A stretch of DNA of 51,762 nucleotides from an uncultured Thiotrichales bacterium (GTDB lineage: Bacteria; Pseudomonadota; Gammaproteobacteria; UWMA-0217). Made by a program: the position numbers and the translations under genes. The notes under the pieces are model-generated. The model saw only the letters and a program-made list of their open reading frames with translations, was not told where the DNA came from and did not search any database. Position 1 is the stretch's first letter. Every line of letters starts with the position of its first letter. The stretch spans positions 1 to 51,762 of the forward strand of contig CAYTPO010000010.1 of the NCBI GenBank assembly GCA_964439815.1, in the 5' to 3' direction. This document shows, piece after piece, positions 20,324-28,026 of the stretch.

Positions 20324-21165
20324 CCGATAAGACCGCCTTTGTCAGGGCATTACGCCCATTTTCCCTGATCGTCGCCATTACCACCTGCGGGCTGGGTGTC
20401 AGCTTGGCATTGGTCGAAGGCTCCCGTCACTATTTTCTGGCGGGGCTGGTGGTATTCACCGGCATCCTGCTACAGATCGCTGTCAACCTGATCAACGATT
20501 ACCGGGATATCCACAGCCACCATTTTACTGCCACACAGAAACAGGCCATCAGAAGAAATACCCGTATCGGCTGGGCTGTCATGACCACTGCCATCTTGCT
20601 GGGATTCTACATGGTCAGTCTGCGCGGCTGGCCATTGCTGGTACTGGGCATCATCGGCGTATTCGGCGCCTGGGGATATACCGGCGGCCAGATCAATTAC
20701 AAGGAGCGCGGGCTGGGTATTCTGCTGGTCTTTTTCCTGATGGGCGTATTGCTCATTGGCGGCTCCTATTATGTGGTAACCGGTACCTGTCACTGGAACA
20801 TCTTCTGGCTTTCCCTGCCCTTCAGCCTACTCTCCTCACTGTTGCTGCTGAGCAATGAGCTACGCGACTACGAAGAAGACCTGGCGGCCGGAATCAAGAC
20901 GCTTAGCGTCAGATTGGGGTATCAGGTAGGCGTCAGACTGTATTACTGGCTGGTGGCCCTGCTCTATCTTGCCAGCGTCCTGCTGTATCAGGCCAATATC
21001 CTGCATGGTGTGGTTCTGTTGCTGGTGACGGCTCTGGCACTTTGGCAGCCGCTCAAGCTGCTGCACCTCCCACAGCCGCAACGCGTCCGCCTGACACCGC
21101 TGACGGGACGCTTCTACCTCATCTACAGTCTGGCCTATATCGCCACCATCTGGATGCCCCTATGA
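20320..21165 (+). CDS. menA: UbiA-superfamily prenyltransferase of the MenA type (1,4-dihydroxy-2-naphthoate polyprenyltransferase-like)
   Basis: Motif 1 NLINDYRD and motif 2 NELRDYEEDLAAGIKTLSVRLG resemble the E. coli MenA motifs as I recall them (NDYGD; NNLRD...GK.TL.VRLG). About 8 TM helices. Confidence 0.6.
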   Translation: MTDKTAFVRALRPFSLIVAITTCGLGVSLALVEGSRHYFLAGLVVFTGILLQIAVNLINDYRDIHSHHFTATQKQAIRRNTRIGWAVMTTAILLGFYMVSLRGWPLLVLGIIGVFGAWGYTGGQINYKERGLGILLVFFLMGVLLIGGSYYVVTGTCHWNIFWLSLPFSLLSSLLLLSNELRDYEEDLAAGIKTLSVRLGYQVGVRLYYWLVALLYLASVLLYQANILHGVVLLLVTALALWQPLKLLHLPQPQRVRLTPLTGRFYLIYSLAYIATIWMPL

Positions 21166-22034
21166 ATCAGGATCTGATACTGGCCATCGCCCTGCCTGTC
21201 ACACTGTTCTGCATCATGTTCAGCATGGGTACCAACCTGACACCTGCAGATTTCAGGCGTGTGTTACAAAGCCCGAAAACCATGCTCACCGGGATCACCG
21301 CACAAATGCTGCTGCTCCCGCTACTGGCCTGGGCGCTGCTGTTTCCACTGAATCTTCCACCCGAAATCCTTGCCGGCTTCATGATTCTGGCCCTGAGTCC
21401 GGGGGGCACCACTTCCAACCTCTTCGCCTATCTGGCAGGCGGCAACCTGCCGTTATCCATTTCACTGACCGCCATCGTCAGCCTTGTCACACCAATCAGC
21501 ATACCCCTGATCGCCGGCCGGGTTCTCTCATCACAGGCGGGGCTGTCAGCCGATATCCAGTTGCCTTTTGGTCAAACCGTCATGAAGCTGCTGGTGGTGA
21601 CCGTCATTCCCGTACTGCTCGGCATGGTGCTACGCCATTTCAGGCCATCATTCTGCGAGCGCAACAATTCCCGGATGACACGCATTCCCTTTCTCATGCT
21701 GCTGATGGTCATTGCCGGCATCATTTACCAGAATTGGGAAAGCATGCCGTACTTCATTTCCCAGACCGGACTCCCTGCCCTGCTACTCGCAACTCTTGCC
21801 CTGATGGCTGGCTACCTGTTCGCCCGGACATTGCAACAGAGCGAAAGTGATGCCAGAACCATCGCCATCGAAACCTCCATTCAAAATGGAGGCACCGCCA
21901 TTCTGGTGACTGGCACCATCCTGCAAAATCCCGCAATGACCATTGCCCCGGTCATGTACGGCATCCTGATGCTGATCCCCATCCTTGGCTATATTCTCTG
22001 GCTCAACCACATCAAACCGGTACTGGCGTCATGA
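21162..22034 (+). CDS. bile acid:Na+ symporter (BASS) family transporter
   Basis: MNQDLILAIALPVTLFCIMFSMGTNLTPADF...LALSPGGTTSN...ETSIQNGGTA are typical BASS/SBF blocks. ATGA overlap with menA. Confidence 0.7.
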   Translation: MNQDLILAIALPVTLFCIMFSMGTNLTPADFRRVLQSPKTMLTGITAQMLLLPLLAWALLFPLNLPPEILAGFMILALSPGGTTSNLFAYLAGGNLPLSISLTAIVSLVTPISIPLIAGRVLSSQAGLSADIQLPFGQTVMKLLVVTVIPVLLGMVLRHFRPSFCERNNSRMTRIPFLMLLMVIAGIIYQNWESMPYFISQTGLPALLLATLALMAGYLFARTLQQSESDARTIAIETSIQNGGTAILVTGTILQNPAMTIAPVMYGILMLIPILGYILWLNHIKPVLAS

Positions 22035-22756
22035 AACATCGTCTTTCCGAAACCTTTGGCAAAAAGAGCGTCTCTACCGAGGAGCGCGAAAAACTCGTTC
22101 GCAGTGTGTTCAGTCGCGTTGCCGGACGCTACGATCTGATGAATGACATGATGAGCATGGGGATACACCGGGTCTGGAAATGGCGCTTTACCCGCGAGAT
22201 CGACAAGGCGCCCGGCAAACACTTTATCGATCTGGCTGGCGGTACCGGTGATATAGCCAAAGCCTTGCTGCAAGAGGGCAGGAATGTCGTGATTATCGAC
22301 CCTTCGATCGAAATGATGCAGGTTGCGGCCAAACGACTAGGCAATCAGTGCAAGGCCGTCGCTGCTCCCGCCGAAAAAATGCCGCTGGATGACAACAGCA
22401 TCGATGTACTGACCATCTCCTTCGGTATACGCAACGCTACCGACATTGCAAAATCCCTGCAGGAAATTGCCCGCGTGCTCAAACCGGGAGGACGGTTCTA
22501 CTGCCTGGAATTCAGTACCCCACAGGCCTGGCTGCGACCCTTCTATGATGCTTGGTCACGTACCGTCATCCCCCGCCTGGGTGCCATGGTTGCCGGCCAC
22601 CCCGACGCCTATACCTATCTGATCGAATCCATCCGCGAATTTCCGGATCAGGAGGAGATGGCAGGGATGATCCGCAGCACCGGACTGGCGGATGTCAGCT
22701 ACAGCAACCTCTCCTTTGGCATCGCCTGCATTCACCGGGGACAGAAACCCCTTTGA
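22031..22756 (+). CDS. ubiE: UbiE/MenG-type demethylmenaquinone / benzoquinol C-methyltransferase
   Basis: VFSRVAGRYDLMNDMMSMGIHRVWK, SAM motif IDLAGGTGD, and LKPGGRFYCLEFS. ATGA overlap with the BASS gene. Confidence 0.75.
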   Translation: MKHRLSETFGKKSVSTEEREKLVRSVFSRVAGRYDLMNDMMSMGIHRVWKWRFTREIDKAPGKHFIDLAGGTGDIAKALLQEGRNVVIIDPSIEMMQVAAKRLGNQCKAVAAPAEKMPLDDNSIDVLTISFGIRNATDIAKSLQEIARVLKPGGRFYCLEFSTPQAWLRPFYDAWSRTVIPRLGAMVAGHPDAYTYLIESIREFPDQEEMAGMIRSTGLADVSYSNLSFGIACIHRGQKPL

Positions 22757-22777
22757 CCGGATCGCCGAGACGCCATC

Positions 22778-24049
22778 ATGAAATCGACCACCTTTTCAGG
22801 CTTCCGTTTTTTTTCCTGCTGGCAGATCCTCTGTATTTTCCTGCTACGCCTCCCCGCAGCTCATGCCTTTCCGCCCCTGCAACTCTACGTTGAACTGACA
22901 CCCACCGGTGGCACACTCAAGCCACCACCAGGCACCTACTCCGGACCGGTGGTAATCCAGAGAAAAATGGTGATCGACGGCCAGGGAGAGGTCACCATCG
23001 ATGGTCAGGGCGATAAGACAGTCGTTACCATTGCTGCGGACGGCGTCGAATTTCGTGGCATGCGCGTCATCAATTCCGGGGATTCCCATGATCGGGTCGA
23101 TGCCGCCATACTGGTCACTGCAAATCATACGATCGTGGAAAACAATACGATTGAAAACGCACTGTTCGGCATACACTTGCGCAAGGCCGACAACAACCTG
23201 ATAAAAGGCAACAAGGTTACCTCCAAGGATTACGATATCAGCATGCGCGGCGAAGGGCTGCGGGTCTGGTACAGCTATGACAATCTGATCACCGACAACC
23301 ACTTTGTTCAGGTACGTGATCTCGTGATCGCCAATTCCTCCGACAACCGCTTTGTCAACAACACCATCCGCTACAGCCGCATCGGCATGGAATTCATCTT
23401 TTCACCCGACAATGAGGTCTCCGGCAACACCATCGAGCACAACGATACCGGGATTATCGTGCTCTATTCCCACGATCTGCAGATCGACCACAACCGCATC
23501 CATCACATGCGCCTGCTTACCGGCTCCGGTCTCGCCTTCAAGGAGAGTTCCCAGGTGATCATCGAAGACAACGAAATTGCCCACTGTGCCGTCGGCTTGC
23601 GTGCCAATGCCCCGATACACCCGGAAAACATCCTCTACGCCCGACGCAATTCACTCCTGTTCAATGACATTGCCATGTACTTCTACGGCGAGAAAGGCGG
23701 CCATGTCATTCACGACAACAACTTCAACAACAACTTCGTCGATGTCCTGGGCAGCGCCTCGATGACCGTGCGTGACAACGACTGGCTTGGCAACTACTGG
23801 GACAAGTATGCGGGCTATGATCTTGACCACAACGGCATTGGCGACCAGCCCCATGAAGTCTATCTCTACTCCGACCGCATCTGGCGCGACCGCCCCATGA
23901 CCCGCTTCTTTCGTGGCTCCCCCGCACTATCCCTGGTGGATTTTGTCGAACGACTGGCGCCATTCTCACAGCCGGAACAGGTGCTCAGTGACCCCAAGCC
24001 AGTTATGCGCCCCCTTGCCGCCAAAGATGACTCTCCCTCCCAACAGTAG
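22778..24049 (+). CDS. second NosD-family beta-helix protein (divergent paralogue)
   Basis: Colinear with NosD (13124-14413) over the whole length: GEVTIDGQG, beta-helix rungs VENNTIENA, IKGNKVTSK, ITDNHFVQV, VNNTIRYS, IDHNRIHHM, IEDNEIAHC, and C-terminal GNYWDKYAGYDLDHNGIGDQPH and FVERLAPFS. Has a signal-like N-terminus. Confidence 0.75.
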   Translation: MKSTTFSGFRFFSCWQILCIFLLRLPAAHAFPPLQLYVELTPTGGTLKPPPGTYSGPVVIQRKMVIDGQGEVTIDGQGDKTVVTIAADGVEFRGMRVINSGDSHDRVDAAILVTANHTIVENNTIENALFGIHLRKADNNLIKGNKVTSKDYDISMRGEGLRVWYSYDNLITDNHFVQVRDLVIANSSDNRFVNNTIRYSRIGMEFIFSPDNEVSGNTIEHNDTGIIVLYSHDLQIDHNRIHHMRLLTGSGLAFKESSQVIIEDNEIAHCAVGLRANAPIHPENILYARRNSLLFNDIAMYFYGEKGGHVIHDNNFNNNFVDVLGSASMTVRDNDWLGNYWDKYAGYDLDHNGIGDQPHEVYLYSDRIWRDRPMTRFFRGSPALSLVDFVERLAPFSQPEQVLSDPKPVMRPLAAKDDSPSQQ

Positions 24050-24089
24050 CAGCCTGTTTCCCTGATTCACTTTGCCTGCCCGGAATAGA

Positions 24090-24116
24090 AAAAGCCCTCG
24101 ATAAGAGGGCTTTTTC
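24090..24116 (+). terminator. rho-independent (bidirectional-type) terminator ending the nos-associated operon
   Basis: AAAAAGCCCTC-GATAA-GAGGGCTTTTT. Confidence 0.7.
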
Positions 24117-24144
24117 TGGATAATCCAAATGGGTTTTTCAACTA

Positions 24145-24305
24145 GGAGGGCGTCCGAGAATAAGAGTCGTAGCGAAGGAAAGCTATTTTAGGCCATTTTT
24201 TTTCACTGATTTGAGGAGAAAATTGGTTATATTTGACGAAAATCATGGGGAAAAAGGGCCAAAATGGCTTTTCCGCAGTAGGCTCCTTATTCTCGGACAG
24301 CCTCC
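24145..24305. mobile_element. ~160-bp AT-rich imperfect palindrome with 22-bp terminal inverted repeats (MITE-like / long hairpin element)
   Basis: The left arm GGAGGGCGTCCGAGAATAAGAG (24145-24166) matches the reverse complement of the right arm CTCCTTATTCTCGGACAGCCTCC (24283-24305). Arm similarity continues inward for about 55 nt (AAAGCTATTTTAGGCC vs AAAGCCATTTTGGCCC). Confidence 0.45.
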
Positions 24306-24308
24306 AAG

Positions 24309-25010
24309 TCAAGGCTCAATCGTCGTCAACCCTAATATCTGCCACATCTGCATCCCACCCCGATAGTAGAACAATCTCTCTTTCGGATAACCCAGATCCA
24401 GCAACGCACGGATCGCACGGGGCGATTGCCCGCACCAGGGACCATTGCACCAGAGAATCAGCTTCTTTGCCTGCGAGAAATCCCACACATCCGTTTTCAG
24501 GTCACCATCCAGAAAACCGAAACCTTCCAGCGTTCGAGTGAAACCACCCACTTCACCTCGCTTGCGAACGCCCAGCTTGTAAAGTGCATCGGTCAGCTGC
24601 TGCTCACCCGAAGCCCCTTCGAACACTGTAAACGGGATATTAACCGAGCCGGGGATGGTACCCTTCTTGAACCAGGATGGCAGCCGTGCATCGATCAGCA
24701 CCCCGCTCCCGGTCACAACCTCATTCTCGAGAAAATCGAAAATATCTATTTCAGCCACTGTTTCAACTGACGGGGCAACTCGTGTGGGTTGAATGCAGAA
24801 CGGGGGGCACTTGCGAGATGTCTTGGCAAAGCTCCCGGTTACCGTATGTGAGGTGTCCTGTATTCGCTGGATCTTGACGACACGACCATCATGAAGTGTC
24901 TCCACATAATCCCTGCTCGTATCCAGTTTTACATCCAGCGCATGTGCGACCTGAGAGAGCAACACCAGCATACAGAACATAAGCCCTGTAACGACGCTTC
25001 CCAGACTCAT
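24309..25010 (-). CDS. exported rhodanese-domain sulfurtransferase with an extra CPPFC motif
   Basis: MSLGSVVTGLMFCMLVLLSQVAHA is a signal peptide. Rhodanese active-site loop WCNGPWCGQSPRA, plus an upstream CPPFC. The track ORF extends to a TTG at 25082. Confidence 0.7.
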   Translation of the reverse strand: MSLGSVVTGLMFCMLVLLSQVAHALDVKLDTSRDYVETLHDGRVVKIQRIQDTSHTVTGSFAKTSRKCPPFCIQPTRVAPSVETVAEIDIFDFLENEVVTGSGVLIDARLPSWFKKGTIPGSVNIPFTVFEGASGEQQLTDALYKLGVRKRGEVGGFTRTLEGFGFLDGDLKTDVWDFSQAKKLILWCNGPWCGQSPRAIRALLDLGYPKERLFYYRGGMQMWQILGLTTIEP

Positions 25011-25097
25011 GTCAACTCTGCAATCGCTTGTACTGCGAGCCTCGATGGCCAACTGTCCATCATTTGTCTTGTAAACGCTCAATAGATTACCTTTTGC

Positions 25098-25517
25098 TCA
25101 GTTTTGCAAATACTGCTGCTTGATCTGATTACGGATATGGGCGATCTCCGGTCTGGAACGATAGGCCTGAAACACCTGCTGCTTGCGCGCATCGCTGAGC
25201 CGTTTGAAAAAGGCATAACTCCCGACATGGGCCTGCTGAAGGTATTGTTCCAGCGCGACCATATCCAGTCCAAGCGGCATGTCGGCCGCACCATTGGATA
25301 CCGCAGTCCCGGTCTGTATGGCTCCAGGGCGGATATCCGGGTCTGAGGTTGGGCTGCTGGTCAGCGAATCCACCTCGATATCGGCCGCCGCATCCTGGAG
25401 TGCATCGAGATAGGCATCAGCCTTGACGCTGAGGGCCAGAGATGTACTGGCAGATACCCAGAACAGAAAACCGGCAACACCTACTGGTGTTCTTTTGACA
25501 AACCATATTATCGACAA
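25098..25517 (-). CDS. small exported hypothetical protein (139 aa)
   Basis: Signal peptide ...FLFWVSASTSLALSVKA and an acidic/helical mature part. Lies directly upstream of the exported rhodanese on the same strand. Confidence 0.5.
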   Translation of the reverse strand: MSIIWFVKRTPVGVAGFLFWVSASTSLALSVKADAYLDALQDAAADIEVDSLTSSPTSDPDIRPGAIQTGTAVSNGAADMPLGLDMVALEQYLQQAHVGSYAFFKRLSDARKQQVFQAYRSRPEIAHIRNQIKQQYLQN

Positions 25518-25721
25518 TATAGGGACCTTGAATCACGCAATCTCTGATGACGTTACGTGGTAGCGGTAAAAAGACCAACAGCCAATGTCAATCAATGTGA
25601 ACCGTTCGACATGGCAATGGCCATCACGCTACAGGAATGAGAAGAATATCTCCAAATCAAACCACCATGAATTTTTCCCGATACGACGCGGGAATATCCC
25701 CCCATGCGCTGCGGAATCGGA

Positions 25722-26096
25722 TCAACTGAAGGGCCAGGGTGACTTGCTCAGTGCAACCATCACCATGTAGCCAAACGTCAATAACGCAGCCACGGTAAAG
25801 ATCAACCCACGCAGACCGCCCGACGATTTTATTGCCCTTGCACCCAGGTAGATATACACGAGCAACGCGATCACCTTGGCCGCAAGCCAGCCATGCTCCC
25901 AGGGATACTGGTGCGTAACCCACGCCAATCCGATGCCGGATACCAGCAGCAGCGTATCGTTGATATGCGGGAGAATCCGGGTCAACCGATGGCGCGCCAG
26001 CGGCGATGCCATGAAGATCCAGATCATACGCAGGATGAACCCGGCCAGGGAAATCGAAATCGTCAACAGATGGATGTGTTTGATAATCGGATACAC
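25722..26096 (-). CDS. SirB2-family membrane protein
   Basis: MYPIIKHIHLLTISISLAGFILR...LPHINDTLLL.SGIGLAW...WLAAKVIALLVYI.LG, with four TM helices typical of SirB2. Confidence 0.65.
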   Translation of the reverse strand: MYPIIKHIHLLTISISLAGFILRMIWIFMASPLARHRLTRILPHINDTLLLVSGIGLAWVTHQYPWEHGWLAAKVIALLVYIYLGARAIKSSGGLRGLIFTVAALLTFGYMVMVALSKSPWPFS

Positions 26097-26098
26097 TT

Positions 26099-26344
26099 TT
26101 ATTCAGGCTCCTTGTTTTCTGCGGCAATCTGCAAATGAAAACCCTGGTCTGCAAGATTGTCGAACACCTCGGCAGCATTCTCCCTGACCAGCTTGCGGTC
26201 GGGCGTCAAATCGAAACTGAAGCTGAACACCGGCTCGCCAAAAAGCTGAAGCAACCCCTCGGGAAGCTCGGAGAATTCGTCCCTGGCCGGCAGATAGAGA
26301 TAGGTATCTGCCTTGCGGGAACTGCGGTAGACAAAACACTCCAT
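26099..26344 (-). CDS. YcgL-domain protein
   Basis: MECFVYRSSRKADTYLYLPARDEFSELPEGLLQLFGEPVFSFSFDL matches the YcgL signature (.VY.S.KK..TYLY....D.F..VPE.LL..FG). Confidence 0.7.
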   Translation of the reverse strand: MECFVYRSSRKADTYLYLPARDEFSELPEGLLQLFGEPVFSFSFDLTPDRKLVRENAAEVFDNLADQGFHLQIAAENKEPE

Positions 26345-26409
26345 GGCGATTCGATGTCAGATCATGAGGCCACGTATTCTACATAAACCTCTACTGCAGT
26401 GTAGATACA

Positions 26410-26437
26410 TTGTCCAGCCTCAGGGCTTTTGTATAAT
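26410..26437 (+). promoter_or_regulatory. candidate sigma-70 promoter for the Sel1-repeat gene
   Basis: TTGTCC, a 16-nt spacer, then TATAAT. Confidence 0.3.
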
Positions 26438-26471
26438 GCAGGCTCCCAATAACCCTACGGACGGCACCGCC

Positions 26472-26921
26472 ATGTCAGACCAATCCCACATTGCAGATAT
26501 CGACCTCGCCAGCGGTATGTCGGCTTTTGAATCCAGACTCTTTTCACAGGCCATCCACCTGCTGAGCCCCTATGCACAACAGGGGGATCCGGATGCCCAG
26601 CATCGCATGGCGATCATGTACCAGAACGGCCTTGGCGTCGCACCCAACCCCGAGATGGCCTTCGACTGGATGCAGAAGGCAGCCGAACAGGGCCATGCGC
26701 TGGCACAACATGGCATCGGCTTCATGTACATGGAGGGAGACTGCACCGACAAGGACATCCCCAAAGCCATCCACTGGTTCGAGAAAGCGGCAGAACAGGG
26801 GTTGGCAGGCTCGGCAACCACACTGGCCATGATCTATGAGCAAGGCAATGGCGTGGAGAAGGATCTGGACAAGGCCAAGGAATGGTATGCCAAGGGTGGC
26901 TTTGAAGACTATCTGACATAA
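26472..26921 (+). CDS. Sel1-repeat (TPR-like) protein
   Basis: Three or four Sel1 units (AQHRMAIMYQNGLGVAPNPEMAFDWMQKAAEQGHALAQHGIGFMYMEG...AIHWFEKAAEQG...). The start was chosen downstream of the promoter-like TATAAT. Confidence 0.7.
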   Translation: MSDQSHIADIDLASGMSAFESRLFSQAIHLLSPYAQQGDPDAQHRMAIMYQNGLGVAPNPEMAFDWMQKAAEQGHALAQHGIGFMYMEGDCTDKDIPKAIHWFEKAAEQGLAGSATTLAMIYEQGNGVEKDLDKAKEWYAKGGFEDYLT

Positions 26922-26979
26922 GATCCGATACCGGGTCGCATTACGCCCTCTTCTCCAAACCACACCGGAATCCCCTTCG

Positions 26980-28026
26980 ATGCGCCCAGCACAACTCTCT
27001 ACCGTTCTGAATCAGGAATTTCTTGGTGCCCGCTCCGGACATCACACACCCGCCATGCTCTGGGGGCCACCCGGTGTGGGCAAGTCGGACATCATCCGCC
27101 AGGTTGCCGAGAAGAATGCCGTTCCCCTGCAGGATATTCGCCTGTCACAGATGGAACCTTCCGATCTGCGCGGCATTCCCTTTCGCTCCGGCGAACTGGT
27201 GGAGTGGGCCATTCCCGCCATGCTGCCCGATGTAGCACGGCACGGACCGGAGGGCATCCTGTTTCTGGACGAAATCACCTCTGCGCCTCCCAGCGTCTCG
27301 GCCGCAGCCTATCAGCTGATACTCGACCGCCGACTGGGGCAGTACGAAGTCCCCGAAGGCTGGGCCATTTTTGCCGCGGGCAACCGCCAGGGTGATCGTG
27401 GCGTGACCTATACCATGCCGGCCCCTCTGGCGAACCGGTTTTCCCACTACGAGGTCGATATCAATCTGGACGACTGGGTTGCCTGGGCCTACCGCAACGG
27501 CATCGATGACCGCATCATTGGCTTCCTGCGCTTTCGCCCGGAAATGCTCTTCGACTTCGACCCGGCCCACAATCCAGTCGCCTTCCCCTCACCTCGCTCC
27601 TGGGAGTTCGCCCATCGTGCCATCCGCAAGTTCGAGAATCATCCCGCCCTGCTGACCGGATCACTCCAGGCCTGCGTTGGGCCTGCCGCCGGAATCGAGC
27701 TGAGTGCCTTCATGTCCACGCTGGATCAGCTTCCCGATATCGAAGCCATTCTGCGAGGTGAAACGGTAACGGCACCCAACGAGATCGACCTGCAATATGC
27801 AGTCGCTTCAACACTTGTTGGTCATGCCATTCGCGTCAGAGAACAGGCTGATGCAACCACGGTAACCGGCCACATCCTCAATTTTGCCAATCATTTTCCA
27901 CAGCGCGAAATGGGCGTCATGCTGGTATCCGACCTGCAGCGCGCAATAGGCAACGACATCTTCGACATTCCCGAGTTCGCCAACTGGGCCGATGCCATTG
28001 CCGATGTCATGATCTATAGTGACTGA
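26980..28026 (+). CDS. MoxR-like AAA+ ATPase (AAA_5 type)
   Basis: Walker A LWGPPGVGKSD, Walker B ILFLDEITSA, and an AAGNRQGDRG sensor region. Confidence 0.8.
   Translation: MRPAQLSTVLNQEFLGARSGHHTPAMLWGPPGVGKSDIIRQVAEKNAVPLQDIRLSQMEPSDLRGIPFRSGELVEWAIPAMLPDVARHGPEGILFLDEITSAPPSVSAAAYQLILDRRLGQYEVPEGWAIFAAGNRQGDRGVTYTMPAPLANRFSHYEVDINLDDWVAWAYRNGIDDRIIGFLRFRPEMLFDFDPAHNPVAFPSPRSWEFAHRAIRKFENHPALLTGSLQACVGPAAGIELSAFMSTLDQLPDIEAILRGETVTAPNEIDLQYAVASTLVGHAIRVREQADATTVTGHILNFANHFPQREMGVMLVSDLQRAIGNDIFDIPEFANWADAIADVMIYSD

Noticed and set aside
24233-24541. 102-aa plus-strand ORF starting inside the palindromic element and running antisense into the rhodanese gene.
   Set aside because: It has Ser/Pro/His-rich low-complexity translation and lies antisense to a gene with clear rhodanese motifs.
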